The notes below the pieces were generated by a model that had not been told where the DNA came from, did not search any database, and worked only from the letters and a program-made list of their open reading frames with translations. A program made the translations under genes and the position numbers. From Trueperaceae bacterium (GTDB lineage: Bacteria; Deinococcota; Deinococci; Deinococcales; Trueperaceae), in the NCBI GenBank assembly GCA_965213705.1, contig OZ243913.1, positions 3,680,001-3,744,000 of the forward strand: DNA of 64,000 bases, given 5' to 3'. This document shows positions 27,071-36,983 of this stretch, piece by piece. The stretch's first letter is position 1; each line of letters begins with the position of its first letter.

Positions 27071-27634
27071 ATGGACATTCAGCCCCTTGTTCCCCGCCAA
27101 AAAGTCCCCAAACTTAGTGTGCCGACGGTGGGCGGCGCGACCTGGACGCTTGCCGAGCAGACCCCGAAAAACTTCACCCTGCTGGTTTTTTACCGCGGCC
27201 TGCATTGCCCCGTGTGCCGGAGCTACCTGCGCGACTTGCAAGCGCACTTGGAAGCTTTCAAGGGCTTGGGCGTCGAGGTTTTGGCGCTCAGCAGCGATAC
27301 ACAGGAGCGGGCCGAGCAAACCAGAAAAGATTGGCAGCTCGGCGAGCTGACGCTTGCCTACGGCCTCGAGCTGAGCGCGGCGCGGCAGTGGGGCCTGTAC
27401 GTCTCGACAAGCCGGGGCAAAACCTCGACCGGCGTGGTCGAGCCCGACCTGTTCAGCGAGCCCGCCCTGTACCTAGTAAAGCCCGACGGCACGCTGTACT
27501 TCGGCGCGGTGCAAACAATGCCCTTTGCGCGGCCCCACTTCGACGACGTCGTGGGCGCTGTAAAGTTTGTCCTCGAGAAAGACTACCCCGCCCGCGGCGA
27601 GGTTACCGACCTGCCCGAACTGCAGTCCGCTTAG
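27071..27634 (+). CDS. Peroxiredoxin-like AhpC/TSA family protein
   Basis: FYRGLHCPVC, FSEP, QTMPFARP, YPARG; GGAGG RBS. Confidence 0.92.
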   Translation: MDIQPLVPRQKVPKLSVPTVGGATWTLAEQTPKNFTLLVFYRGLHCPVCRSYLRDLQAHLEAFKGLGVEVLALSSDTQERAEQTRKDWQLGELTLAYGLELSAARQWGLYVSTSRGKTSTGVVEPDLFSEPALYLVKPDGTLYFGAVQTMPFARPHFDDVVGAVKFVLEKDYPARGEVTDLPELQSA

Positions 27635-27799
27635 CGGTTCCGTCGCGACCGCTCTCTCGGCCTACCGGGGTTGGCTGTCAACGTCGCTGCAACGTCGACA
27701 GTTCAAGCCGAACGTTTTTATCGGCAAACTCCGGCTGTAAATACTGGTCATGAGTAACAAAACTCTTTCGGTATGAGACGAGAAAGAGTGGCTAACCCG

Positions 27800-28315
27800 T
27801 CAGCTTTCGCTGACGTCGAAAAGCAGGTCGTCGTCCAACGCGGCGTCGCCGGCGAGCACCGACATGTCGCCGGTGGTCTCGAGCACCACCGCCCGAACCT
27901 CGGCCAGACTGAGCACGCCCGCGCCGCGCAACTTGGCGAACAGGTCGGCCTGGGTGACGCCCGCCCTGGTCAAGTTGTCGTGCAGGACCTGCGCGTCTTT
28001 CATAAGCAGTAGCGGCCGGTTGTCGACGAGGGGCGAGGCACCCGCGCGCAAGCGGTACGCCGACACCACGCGCTGCGCCGCGAACAGCGTAACAAGCGCG
28101 ACGACGCCTTTGAGGAGCGGCACCGACGCGGACAGCGCGGTGCTGGCGATGACGGTCGAAACCGCCACGGTGGTGGCAAAGTCGAAGCTCGACATCTTGG
28201 CGAAGCTGCGCAAGCCGCTCACGCGCGTCGCTAAAATGGTCGCCGCGTAGATGCCCAGCGCTTTCAAAACCGTCGTCAGCGCCGCCGCCGCGCCGACCCA
28301 AAACCAGTCGTCCAT
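27800..28315 (-). CDS. DUF421/YetF membrane protein
   Basis: GLRSFAKMSSFDF, PLLLMKD, VLETTGDMSV. Confidence 0.9.
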   Translation of the reverse strand: MDDWFWVGAAAALTTVLKALGIYAATILATRVSGLRSFAKMSSFDFATTVAVSTVIASTALSASVPLLKGVVALVTLFAAQRVVSAYRLRAGASPLVDNRPLLLMKDAQVLHDNLTRAGVTQADLFAKLRGAGVLSLAEVRAVVLETTGDMSVLAGDAALDDDLLFDVSES

Positions 28316-28601
28316 CGCCCGCCCGTCCTTAGCGTGTCTCAATGTACAGAGGTTACACGCTCACGCCAATCTTAACGCTCGAGGGCTGATGTCCTTAAGC
28401 GCGACTGTTGAAGCAGCCAGGGTTACCGCAAAGTCAGCTTGCCTCTACCTGTCGTTGTGAGGAAGCGTAAAAGTTTGAGACAACCGCGTACAGAAGCGGT
28501 GCCAGACGAACCTCAACGCTCGAGACCCCTTCGCGTTCGCTCGCAGGGACGAGCGGTTTTACTCGACTCAGGCGACTTTGCGGTAGCTGTTGAAGCGGCG
28601 C

Positions 28602-29189
28602 TCATACCCCCGCGCCGAAATAGTCGGGTTCAAAACCCGCTTTCCACTTGATGTTGCAGCCCATGCTCGGGCGCTGCTCGCTCGGGGCGGGCTCGCCCGC
28701 GAGCAGGGCGTCGAGCGCGCCGCGCAGTTCGTCCCCGTTAACCGGCTCGTTGTTGCCCGGTCGGCTGGCGTCGAGTCGGCCCCGGTAGACAAGGGTGTGG
28801 TTGGCGTCGAACAGAAAAAAGTCCGGCGTGCAGGCGGCGGTGTAGGCCTTGGCGACCGCTTGCGTTTCGTCGAACAGGTACGGAAACTCGAAGCCGAGCC
28901 GGTTCCCTTGTTCTTGCAAACCCTCGGGGCCGTCGGCGGGATGCGTTTCGGCGTCGTTCGACCCCACGGCGACCACGCCCACCCCGCGTTTGCGGTACTG
29001 GTTGCCGAGCGCCGCGAGTTCACGCTCGACGTGTTTGACGAAGGGGCAGTGGGTGCACATGAACATGACCAGCAGGGGTTGCTTGTCAAAGTCCGTCGAG
29101 GCGACCGTCTCGCCCGAGACCACGTCGGTAAGGCGAAAGTCGGGGGCGTGAGTGCCCAAGTCCAACATCGTCGACTGGGTTGCAGCCAT
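28602..29189 (-). CDS. Thioredoxin/AhpC-like protein
   Basis: FMCTHCPFV, YLFDETQ, AACTPDFF, YRGRLD, SMGCNIKW. Confidence 0.93.
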   Translation of the reverse strand: MAATQSTMLDLGTHAPDFRLTDVVSGETVASTDFDKQPLLVMFMCTHCPFVKHVERELAALGNQYRKRGVGVVAVGSNDAETHPADGPEGLQEQGNRLGFEFPYLFDETQAVAKAYTAACTPDFFLFDANHTLVYRGRLDASRPGNNEPVNGDELRGALDALLAGEPAPSEQRPSMGCNIKWKAGFEPDYFGAGV

Positions 29190-29341
29190 GAAATTCCTCC
29201 TGCTGTCACCCTAAACGACGCAACGCGTTTTCGATGTTGCCAGACGGATGTTGCGAGACGGATATTGCGATATGTAGGCAAAGCACGCTCGAGCCCACTC
29301 ACCGAGCCGCAGCCCCGCAGTAAGGCTCTTGCCTTTTTACG

Positions 29342-29371
29342 TTGACGCTTTTTGCCCGGACACCTTATACT
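29342..29371 (+). promoter_or_regulatory. Sigma70-type promoter of tRNA-Leu
   Basis: TTGACG-N18-TATACT upstream of the tRNA. Confidence 0.75.
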
Positions 29372-29385
29372 ACGAGCCGCTGTCG

Positions 29386-29471
29386 GCCCAGGTGGCGGAA
29401 TGGTAGACGCTACAGACTTAAAATCTGTTGACCGTAAGGTCGTGTGGGTTCGAGCCCCATCCTGGGCACCA
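29386..29471 (+). tRNA. tRNA-Leu (anticodon TAA)
   Basis: GCCCAGG acceptor stem pairs with CCTGGGC, then A-CCA; D-loop TGGTA; ACAGA-CTTAAAA-TCTGT anticodon arm; long variable arm; GTTCGAG T-loop. Confidence 0.97.
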
Positions 29472-29492
29472 GGTTGGCGACGGTAAAAATGA

Positions 29493-29528
29493 GAACTCGA
29501 GCCCGACGAAGTGGGGCTCGAGTTCTTT
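29493..29528 (+). terminator. Terminator after tRNA
   Basis: GAACTCGAGCCC...GGGCTCGAGTTC hairpin plus TTT; both arms contain CTCGAG. Confidence 0.75.
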
Positions 29529-29624
29529 CCGTAAAGCGCTTACAGCGTGCCAGCTTTTTCCTTGACAAAAGGCTTTCTCAAATTTCAATCTGAAAGTTTA
29601 CAAAACTCGCCAAAGCGTTCTGAT

Positions 29625-30770
29625 TCACACACCCAACAGGCCCAAGTACCAGCCGATTATCCCCTGACCGAAAAACAGCGCCAGCAAACCGCCCAGAATC
29701 AACGACGGGCCGAACGGCACCACGCGCTCGCCCCCGGCGAGGCGACCGACGACGCCGCCTACCGCGCCGATGACGAACGCCGCGAACAAACCGACAAGCA
29801 AACTCTGCCAGCCCAGCAGCGCGCCCAGCACAGCTGCGAGCTTGGCGTCACCGAAACCCATCGCCACGGGTTCGTCGTCTAGCAGGGGTTCGTCGGGCGC
29901 ACCCGAAAAAAGGTCCCTGAACCACCAAAACAGTGCACCTAAAAAGGCGACCGCGCCCGCCGCAATAAACGTCCCTGCCACGCTTTGGAGCGGGGTAACC
30001 CAAGGGTTGAGGCCGGACAGGACCAGGGCGACACCCCAAAGCGCGTAAACCCAAGCCTCGGACAAGCGCAGGGGCCGCCGCGCGACTACGTTGAGCGCGA
30101 CCGAAACGAGCGCCACACCGACGCCCCAGGGCCAACCCAGCAGCGCGCCGCCGAGCGCCGCGAAGTTGACCTGGTCCATACCGACCGGCCACAGACGTTC
30201 GCGCGTGTCCGCAAAACGGCGCAGCAGCAGGCTACCTGTTCGGTTGATGAGGGCGAGGATGCCCGCACCTACCGCGCCGCCCGCTAACGCCTCACCCGGC
30301 GTCGGCAAACCGCTGCCAAAGGCGTAGACGAACGCGCCCAGGAGGGCGACCGCCGCAGCGGGCAAGGTCAGGCTGTCGGGCAAGATGAAGTGGTCCAGGT
30401 CGATAAGCGCCAGCATGACGAGCACGGCGAAAATAGCGAGGAGCGGCGCGACGGTGTAACCGTAAAGCTCTATCGGCCAGCGCCACGCCAACGCCACGAA
30501 GCCCAGGGCGGTAAGGGTTTCGACCAGCGGATAGCGCGCCGAAATCGCTTGCCGACACCCCGAACAGCGGCCTCTTAAGAGCAACCACGACAACACGGGC
30601 ACGTTTTCCCAGGGCCTAATTTTGTGGCCGCAGTTGGGACACTGCGAACCCGGAAACACTATGGACTCTTTTTTAGGCAATCGGTAGATGACCACGTTGG
30701 CAAAACTGCCGATAAGCGCGCCCAAAACACCGACGAACAAAAGCGTAACGACACTGACCACAACCGGCAT
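29625..30770 (-). CDS. pilD: Type IV prepilin peptidase (true start possibly GTG 30761)
   Basis: GSFANVVIYRLP, CPNC/CSGC Zn motifs, IDLDH, MGFGDAKL, PFGP. Confidence 0.95.
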   Translation of the reverse strand: MPVVVSVVTLLFVGVLGALIGSFANVVIYRLPKKESIVFPGSQCPNCGHKIRPWENVPVLSWLLLRGRCSGCRQAISARYPLVETLTALGFVALAWRWPIELYGYTVAPLLAIFAVLVMLALIDLDHFILPDSLTLPAAAVALLGAFVYAFGSGLPTPGEALAGGAVGAGILALINRTGSLLLRRFADTRERLWPVGMDQVNFAALGGALLGWPWGVGVALVSVALNVVARRPLRLSEAWVYALWGVALVLSGLNPWVTPLQSVAGTFIAAGAVAFLGALFWWFRDLFSGAPDEPLLDDEPVAMGFGDAKLAAVLGALLGWQSLLVGLFAAFVIGAVGGVVGRLAGGERVVPFGPSLILGGLLALFFGQGIIGWYLGLLGV

Positions 30771-30836
30771 TATAGGTGCGCCGCGCCCGCGCCGGGGGCG
30801 ATTTTTCTCATCATGCCGGTAGGTATACTGACCCCC

Positions 30837-31337
30837 ATGAAAAAATTACCCCTTTGCTTGTGCTTGGCCTTTTTGACGGCTTTTTCGTTCGGAATTGCCC
30901 AAGACAGCAACCTCAAACTCGCCTATGTTCGCCCGAGCCAACTCTTCGCCGTCAACCCCGCCGGGCAAGAAGCCGCCGCCCTGATGCAACAGCGCGACAG
31001 CGAACTCGGCCCGCTCGTGCAGGAGTTGCAGGCGCTGCAGTCCAAGGCTGAAACCGCCGAAGGTTTGAACGCCGACGAACGCGCTCGAGCCACCTTGCTC
31101 GTGCGCACGGTGCAGCAAACGCAAGCGCGCTACACCGACGACATCCGGCAGGCCGCCGCGCCCGCCGAAGCGGCCATCGACGAGGCGATTGCCGCCGTCG
31201 CCAGGGCAGGCGGCTACACCCTCGTGCTGGACGCAGAACTCACCGGGGCCGGGGGCGCGAGCCCCTTCATCTTCGTCGACACCGACATCGTCCCCGACAT
31301 TACCGACGAGGTCGTAGCGAGGTTGCAAGGCCAGTAA
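30837..31337 (+). CDS. OmpH/Skp family chaperone
   Basis: Signal peptide, KLAYV, coiled coil, GYTLVLD...DITDEVV; TATACT-N7-ATG. Confidence 0.88.
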   Translation: MKKLPLCLCLAFLTAFSFGIAQDSNLKLAYVRPSQLFAVNPAGQEAAALMQQRDSELGPLVQELQALQSKAETAEGLNADERARATLLVRTVQQTQARYTDDIRQAAAPAEAAIDEAIAAVARAGGYTLVLDAELTGAGGASPFIFVDTDIVPDITDEVVARLQGQ

Positions 31338-31358
31338 CCGAAGGTCGGCGCAAAGCGC

Positions 31359-31393
31359 AGGATGCCGCGACGAGCCCGGCATCCTCTTTTTTT
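31359..31393 (+). terminator. Rho-independent terminator
   Basis: AGGATGCCG/CGGCATCCT stem plus T-run. Confidence 0.8.
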
Positions 31394-31513
31394 GGTACGT
31401 CCCTCGCGACGGGATTCCGGCGTTTTTAGAGAGCAGTTCAGCCACTCTCGAATGATGAACCCAGCGCCGTCAGCCGTGCCGCTTCTCATCCAAAGTGTTA
31501 CTATACTGCCGCT

Positions 31514-32014
31514 ATGAAAAGACTTTCCTTTCTAACCGTGTCATTCGTTTTCAGCCTCGTCTCGAGCCTAGCCTTCGCGCAAGACGACGTTCCCAGCATC
31601 GTCTTCGTCGACGCCCAAGCCGCCATCAACGCCCACCCCGCGGGCCAGGCCGCTACAGCCTTGCAAGAGACGGCAAAGACCGAGGTCGAAAGCCTACAAA
31701 CAGACCTGCAAGCGCTCGTTGACAAAGCCAACTCGGGCCAGCAGCTCACCGCCGAAGAACAGTCGCGCTTTCAACAGTTGAGGGACGCCCTCGTTTCGGT
31801 ACAGCAACGCTACGCCGAGCAAATCAACACGACCGTCCAGCCCGCTTTGGAGGCCGTCAACCAAATCATTGAAGAAATCGCCGAGGCGAACGGCTACGAC
31901 ATCGTTTTGGACAGTGTGGTGGCGGGACAGCAAGGAACCGGCCTCGTCGTCTTCGCCCGCGACAGCCTCAACATCACGCCGCAGGTCCTCGAGCGGGTAA
32001 ACGCACTTCCTTAA
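31514..32014 (+). CDS. OmpH/Skp family chaperone (second paralogue)
   Basis: IVFVD..AAINAHP, GYDIVLD, NITPQVL; TATACT-N6-ATG. Confidence 0.88.
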   Translation: MKRLSFLTVSFVFSLVSSLAFAQDDVPSIVFVDAQAAINAHPAGQAATALQETAKTEVESLQTDLQALVDKANSGQQLTAEEQSRFQQLRDALVSVQQRYAEQINTTVQPALEAVNQIIEEIAEANGYDIVLDSVVAGQQGTGLVVFARDSLNITPQVLERVNALP

Positions 32015-32050
32015 ACCGCGGGGCGAACCTCGACCGAATTCACACAGTGC

Positions 32051-32080
32051 GAAAGCAGCGGGACCGGTCCCGCTGCTTTC
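32051..32080. terminator. Bidirectional terminator (perfect 30-bp palindrome)
   Basis: GAAAGCAGCGGGACC-GGTCCCGCTGCTTTC between convergent genes. Confidence 0.8.
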
Positions 32081-32093
32081 TTACGTTTGCTTT

Positions 32094-33167
32094 TTACGTT
32101 TCCAGCGGCCACAGGTACTCGGGCTCGAGCCTGACCCATACCTCAGCGCCGGGCTGCACCCCACATGCCTGACAAACCCGGCTGGCGAGGCGCATCTCGA
32201 GCGCTCCCTCTCCCAACTTCAGGCTGACGAGCCGGTTCAAACCTTCGGCGAGGACGGACGTCACCGTCGCGGGGTAGCAGCGCGCGCTCACGGCGTGGTC
32301 GCGGCGGACCAACAGCACGTGTTCCGGCCGGATGCCGAGCGTGACCGGCGTGCCCGGAGGGATTTCGGTGTCAGGAACGTTCAAAAGGTGCTCGAGCCAC
32401 CTGACCTGCATAAACGCGTTCTTGCGCCCTACCACCGTCCCGGTGAGCCGGTTCGTCATGCCGGTCAGGTCGGCGACGTAAGTGTCGGCGGGCCTTAAAT
32501 AGAGGTCGTCGCCGCTGCCGAACTGCACCACGCGGCCGTCCCGGTAGACGGCGATTTCGTCCGCCAGCATCGTCGCCTCGACCAGGTCGTGCGTCACGAG
32601 CACCGTAGGCGTGCCGAGCTGGGCCAGCAAGTCGACTAGGTAGCGCCGCAACGAGGTTCGCACGACGTCGTCCAGCGCGGCGAAGGGTTCGTCGAGAAGC
32701 AAAAGGTTGGGCTCGCTCGCTATAGCTCGCGCCAACGCGACGCGCTGCTGTTGTCCGCCGGACAGCTGGCGGGGACGCTTGGCGGCGTGCTCAGGCAAAC
32801 CCACCAGCTCGAGCAGTTCGGTGACTCGGGCCTTGCGAGACGCGTCCCGCAAACCGTAGCGCACGTTCTCGGCCGCGCTGAGGTGGGGAAACAGCAAATA
32901 CTGCTGCGGCACGTAACCGACCCGGCGTGCCTGGGGCGAAAGGTTCAACCTTTGCGCAGCGTCGAACAACGTCACGCCGCCTACTTTCACCACGCCTGAA
33001 CCCGGCGTCGCCAGTCCGGCCAAAACCTCCAGGGTAAGGCTTTTGCCCGAGCCCGACGCGCCGAACAGCGCCAGTCGGCGGCCGGTACTCGTCAGCTTGG
33101 GCGACAGCTCGAAGCGGCCCAGACGCAGCGCAAAGTCCAGTTCGACGGTTGCCGGCCTGGGGGTCAC
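32094..33167 (-). CDS. modC: Molybdate ABC transporter ATP-binding protein
   Basis: [27 protein letters not shown]-like C-terminus; GTGA overlap with modB. Confidence 0.88.
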   Translation of the reverse strand: MTPRPATVELDFALRLGRFELSPKLTSTGRRLALFGASGSGKSLTLEVLAGLATPGSGVVKVGGVTLFDAAQRLNLSPQARRVGYVPQQYLLFPHLSAAENVRYGLRDASRKARVTELLELVGLPEHAAKRPRQLSGGQQQRVALARAIASEPNLLLLDEPFAALDDVVRTSLRRYLVDLLAQLGTPTVLVTHDLVEATMLADEIAVYRDGRVVQFGSGDDLYLRPADTYVADLTGMTNRLTGTVVGRKNAFMQVRWLEHLLNVPDTEIPPGTPVTLGIRPEHVLLVRRDHAVSARCYPATVTSVLAEGLNRLVSLKLGEGALEMRLASRVCQACGVQPGAEVWVRLEPEYLWPLET

Positions 33168-33982
33168 GACTCGTCTCTGAAGCGCAACGTCAGCCGGAGG
33201 ACGAACAGCAGCGCGAACGAAACGAGGGCGAGCACCGCGGCGACGACGAGCGCGCCGCTCAAGTCGCGCTCCAGCTCGGCATAAATCGCCAGCGGCAGGG
33301 TGCGCGTCACCCCCTGCAAACTGCCCGCGAACACAATCGTCGCGCCGAACTCGCCCAGGGCTCGAGCCCAGGCCAGGGCCAATCCCTCGACCAAAAAGGG
33401 CAGCGCCAAGGGCCACGTGACGCGCCAAAAAGTCGTGCGCTCGCTTTTGCCGAGCGTCCACGACAGCGCCTCCAGACGCGCCGACACCGAGCCGAAGCCC
33501 GCTTTCATGGTGCGAATATAAAACGGGCTGGCGACGAACACCTGCGCCAGCACGACGGCCGTCGTCGTAAACGCCACGTTCACGCCCAAGTCGCTCAACC
33601 ACGGCCCCAACAGCCCGCGCCGTCCGAACACCAGCAGCAAGCTCACCCCCGCCACCACCGGCGGCAGCACGATGGGCAGGTCCAACAAGGTGTCCAAAAA
33701 ACGTCGGCCGGGAAACGAGTAACGCGCCAACAAGTAAGCCACGGGCGTTCCCAGAGCGAGCGTAACGACCATGCTCAGCGCGGTCGTGAGCAGGCTCAAA
33801 CGCAAAGCCTCGAGCACGACTGGGCGCAACAGCGTCGCCAAAAAGTTTGCGTTCAGAGCGCGCGCGAGCAGGGTCAGCGTCGGCAACACCAGCAAGACGA
33901 CCAGCACCCCGCCCGCCACGCCCGCCACGACTGGCGGGCGTCGCCGCGACGAGGTCACGCGCTGAGGTCGGCCGTCCAGCAC
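33164..33982 (-). CDS. modB: Molybdate ABC transporter permease
   Basis: LPIVLPPVVAG, ARALGEFGATIVFAGS, TLPLAIY. Confidence 0.92.
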   Translation of the reverse strand: MLDGRPQRVTSSRRRPPVVAGVAGGVLVVLLVLPTLTLLARALNANFLATLLRPVVLEALRLSLLTTALSMVVTLALGTPVAYLLARYSFPGRRFLDTLLDLPIVLPPVVAGVSLLLVFGRRGLLGPWLSDLGVNVAFTTTAVVLAQVFVASPFYIRTMKAGFGSVSARLEALSWTLGKSERTTFWRVTWPLALPFLVEGLALAWARALGEFGATIVFAGSLQGVTRTLPLAIYAELERDLSGALVVAAVLALVSFALLFVLRLTLRFRDES

Positions 33983-33986
33983 AAGC

Positions 33987-34763
33987 TCAGGGTACTTGAC
34001 TAAAGCCGTGCTCCGCCAGGACGGCTTGTCCTTCGTCGGATAGGACGAACCTCACGAAAGCCTGAGCGAGTTCGGGGTAAGAGGCGCTCCTGAGAACGGC
34101 AATCGGGTAGGTCGCCGCGACGTTGTAAGCCTCGGGAATTTCGATAACGCTCACGTTTTTCAAGACCGCCGCGTCGGTAGCGTAAACGACCGCCGCGTCG
34201 GCCTCGCCCAAGTCGACCTTGGCGGCAGCTTGCCGCACGTTCGGCTCTTCGGAAACGAGGTTGGCCTCGACCCGCTTCTTAAAGTCGGCCCCGTAGACGG
34301 CCCCCAGTTTTTCCAACGCCGTGCGCGCGTACACCCCGACCGGCACCTCGGGCGCGGCCAACACCACCTTGACCCCCGGCGTCGCCAAGTTCGCCAGCGA
34401 GGCAAGCCCCGAAGCCCTCGGCGTGACGACCACGAGCTTGTTACCGGCGAAAATATGGGCCTCCAAAAGAAGCCCCTCGGCCGCCACGACCTGCATTTGC
34501 GCCGCGTCGGCGCTCGCGAACACGTCGGCGGGCGCGCCCTGGACAATTTGGGTACTCAGCGCCGAAGACCCGGCAAAGTTCAGGACGACTTGGGCACCTT
34601 CGTGACCCGCTTCGAAGGCGGCCGCCACGTCTTCGAAAGCTTCGGTGAGGCTCGAGGCTGCGAACACGGTCACCTTTTGGGTGCCTGCTTTTTGAGCGCC
34701 CACCTTCTGGGCGAGAGCCAAACTCAAAACCAGAAGCAGTGCGAGTGCGATGATTCGTTTCAA
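33987..34763 (-). CDS. modA: Molybdate ABC transporter substrate-binding protein
   Basis: VFAASSL, FAGSSAL..QI.QGAPADVFASA, VPVG.Y, VYATD. Confidence 0.93.
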   Translation of the reverse strand: MKRIIALALLLVLSLALAQKVGAQKAGTQKVTVFAASSLTEAFEDVAAAFEAGHEGAQVVLNFAGSSALSTQIVQGAPADVFASADAAQMQVVAAEGLLLEAHIFAGNKLVVVTPRASGLASLANLATPGVKVVLAAPEVPVGVYARTALEKLGAVYGADFKKRVEANLVSEEPNVRQAAAKVDLGEADAAVVYATDAAVLKNVSVIEIPEAYNVAATYPIAVLRSASYPELAQAFVRFVLSDEGQAVLAEHGFSQVP

Positions 34764-34964
34764 GACGACCCTTTCGTAAATAACCTCTACAGACGAACTC
34801 GCGGACAAAACCGCAGCCCTTCGGAACTGCGCCTCGAGGTGAGCGGACCTCTTTTGAGTAAGTCCGGTGGGACAGCGGTGCCAACCGGCCTCGGGGTTGC
34901 TCGGTTGAAAGCGCAAGAAGTCCAGTGTACGCTTTCGCTGTTTCGCAAGGTGACACCTCGGTAG

Positions 34965-35762
34965 CTACTCGGTATCTGTCAACTCGGCCGTGCCTACCCC
35001 AATAGCTGACCTAGTATCTGCCTCGGCACCCGGCTCAGCATCTTGCAGGTCTTGCAAAAAAGCCGTGTCGCGGGCGCTTAGGGGAGCTGCGCCGAGCAGG
35101 TCCGGGCGACGCGCCAGGGTCCGCCGCAACGCTTGCCGCCGCCGCCACGCCTCGACGTTCGCGTGGTGACCGCTCAAGAGCACTTCTGGAACACCTACTC
35201 CCGCAAATTCGGCGGGGCGGGTGTACTCCGGGTAGTCGAGAATTCGTGTCGTGAACGAGTCCTGCTGGTAACTCGCCGCGTCGCCCAGCACACCGGGCAC
35301 GAGTCGGGCGGTCGCCTCGATAAGCGCCAGCGCCGCCACTTCCCCACCCATCAGCACGAAGTCGCCCACGCTCACCTCGCGCGTGACGAGCTGTTCGACG
35401 CGGGCGTCGAAGCCCTCGTAACGACCGGCCAGAAGGCACAAGTGCTTTTTTTCAGCCAGCGTTTCGACCAAACCTTGCGTGAGCGGTTCGCCGGCCGGGG
35501 ACAGCAGAATAACTTCGTCCGGGGGCGACCCCGTCGCCCGCACTTCGGCCAGCGCCCGCGCCACCACGTCGACGCGTATCACCATGCCTGCGCCGCCCCC
35601 GTACGGGGTGTCGTCGACGCGGTTGTGCTTGTTTTGGGCGTGGTCGCGCAAGTCGCGCACGTCAATACCGACGAGTCCGGCCGCCAGCGCGCGGCCCAGC
35701 AGGGCTTCTTGCGTCCACGGCAGAACGAGCTGGGGAAACAGGGTATAGACCGTGTACTTCAT
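34965..35762 (-). CDS. trmD: tRNA (guanine-N1)-methyltransferase
   Basis: [36 protein letters not shown]. Confidence 0.97.
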   Translation of the reverse strand: MKYTVYTLFPQLVLPWTQEALLGRALAAGLVGIDVRDLRDHAQNKHNRVDDTPYGGGAGMVIRVDVVARALAEVRATGSPPDEVILLSPAGEPLTQGLVETLAEKKHLCLLAGRYEGFDARVEQLVTREVSVGDFVLMGGEVAALALIEATARLVPGVLGDAASYQQDSFTTRILDYPEYTRPAEFAGVGVPEVLLSGHHANVEAWRRRQALRRTLARRPDLLGAAPLSARDTAFLQDLQDAEPGAEADTRSAIGVGTAELTDTE

Positions 35763-35801
35763 CGGGGTTGCGTCACCGGGGCTGCACGGGAAACCACGAA
35801 C

Positions 35802-36314
35802 TCAAGGCTCGAGCAAACCCTCGGGCACGTCCGCCAAGTAAACCCCGTCGTCGGTAACCTCGACGTACGGTGCTTGGAGCGGCACCATCACCTCGGCGAA
35901 GTTCGTCCGGACGACGAGCAGGTCTTGCAAACCGGCCTCGAGCACTTCCTTGACCGCGCCGTAGGGCTCGCCCTCCCAATAGACCGGCAAACCCAGCAGT
36001 TCGTCGACGTAAACATCACCCTCTTCCGGCCTGGGCAGCACCTCGGCGGCGGCGTACACGTCTTTGTTGACGAACCCCTGCGCGGTTTCGCGGTCACGCG
36101 CCCGCGCTAGGTAAACGATGATGTGGGACCCGGCGCTGCGCACCCGGCGCACCTCCGTTTCGCCCACGCCCGTCAGCCACACGTGTGACAGGTCGACGAC
36201 CGCGTCGGCCTCGGCGTCACCCAGGGGGTAAAAACGGAGACCGCCCTCGAGCTGAAACGTCTTGCCGAGGGTGCCGAGTTTTACGTGACCGGTTGGGAGC
36301 GTGTCGTGAGCCAT
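35802..36314 (-). CDS. rimM: 16S rRNA processing factor RimM
   Basis: Position between khpA and trmD; LP..EEGDVYVDELLGL, PRC-barrel end PEGLL. Confidence 0.92.
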   Translation of the reverse strand: MAHDTLPTGHVKLGTLGKTFQLEGGLRFYPLGDAEADAVVDLSHVWLTGVGETEVRRVRSAGSHIIVYLARARDRETAQGFVNKDVYAAAEVLPRPEEGDVYVDELLGLPVYWEGEPYGAVKEVLEAGLQDLLVVRTNFAEVMVPLQAPYVEVTDDGVYLADVPEGLLEP

Positions 36315-36366
36315 AGGTTTTTAGCCGTGGGGTTTTGGTCTTAAGGTTCTAGTCATAGGGTTCTAG
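36311..36366. repeat. Degenerate 14-bp tandem repeat x4 forming the khpA-rimM spacer
   Basis: ccataggtttttag ccgtggggttttgg tcttaaggttctag tcatagggttctag; spans the khpA stop and the rimM start. Confidence 0.7.
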
Positions 36367-36593
36367 TCGACGAGTTGAACCTCGACGTGGTGTTGACCTT
36401 CCGCGGCGGCCCGCGCCAGCGTGCGCACGCTGTTGATAACGCGGCCGCCGCGCCCGATAACCCGGCCCGCGTCACCCTTGGCGCACCGAATTTCGATGCG
36501 CAAACCGCCGCCCTCGCGCTGCGCCGTGACTTGCAAACTTTCCGGCTCTGCGACGAGATTTTGGACGATGAAGGTGACGAGTTCCAGCGGCAC
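36363..36593 (-). CDS. khpA: KH domain RNA-binding protein
   Basis: DAGRVIGRGGRVINSVRTL; canonical position after rpsP. Confidence 0.92.
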   Translation of the reverse strand: MPLELVTFIVQNLVAEPESLQVTAQREGGGLRIEIRCAKGDAGRVIGRGGRVINSVRTLARAAAEGQHHVEVQLVD

Positions 36594-36902
36594 TTACGCC
36601 TCGGCGTTGGCCGCCGCGCGCGCCTTGTACCCGGCCGAGCGCTTGGCGAGCACGCCGCCTAAAGTCACGCCGGACTGCTCCAAGAGCTTCGCGGCGGTCT
36701 CGGTCGGTTGCGCGCCCTGCTCGAGCCAGTAAGACGCCCGCTCCGCGTCCAGCTTCAGCGGCGTTTCGACGGTGTCGCGCGGGTCGTAATAGCCCAGCGA
36801 CTCGATGTAGTCGCTGCTCCGCTTTTTGCGGGAGTCGACGACGACCACGCGGTAGTGAGGGTTTTTCTTCGCGCCCAAGCGCATAAGACGAATTTTAACC
36901 AT
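36594..36902 (-). CDS. rpsP: 30S ribosomal protein S16
   Basis: [40 protein letters not shown]. Confidence 0.98.
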   Translation of the reverse strand: MVKIRLMRLGAKKNPHYRVVVVDSRKKRSSDYIESLGYYDPRDTVETPLKLDAERASYWLEQGAQPTETAAKLLEQSGVTLGGVLAKRSAGYKARAAANAEA

Positions 36903-36983
36903 GTGCCTTGCCTCCAGGTGTTCAAAGACAGCCTCTTTGGAGCGAATTTGCGTCAAAGAGGCGACCTCCGAGAGTTCAACTCA

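Noticed and set aside
29562..29590. TTGACA promoter pointing antisense into pilD
   Set aside because: No convincing -10 at proper spacing.
29386..29625. tRNA-Leu as a prophage or island integration site
   Set aside because: No integrase and no duplicated tRNA 3' end seen; the flanking genes are housekeeping.
34965..36902. Absence of rplS after trmD, and ruvB without ruvA, as novelty
   Set aside because: Such operon splits are common; the genes are probably elsewhere in the genome.
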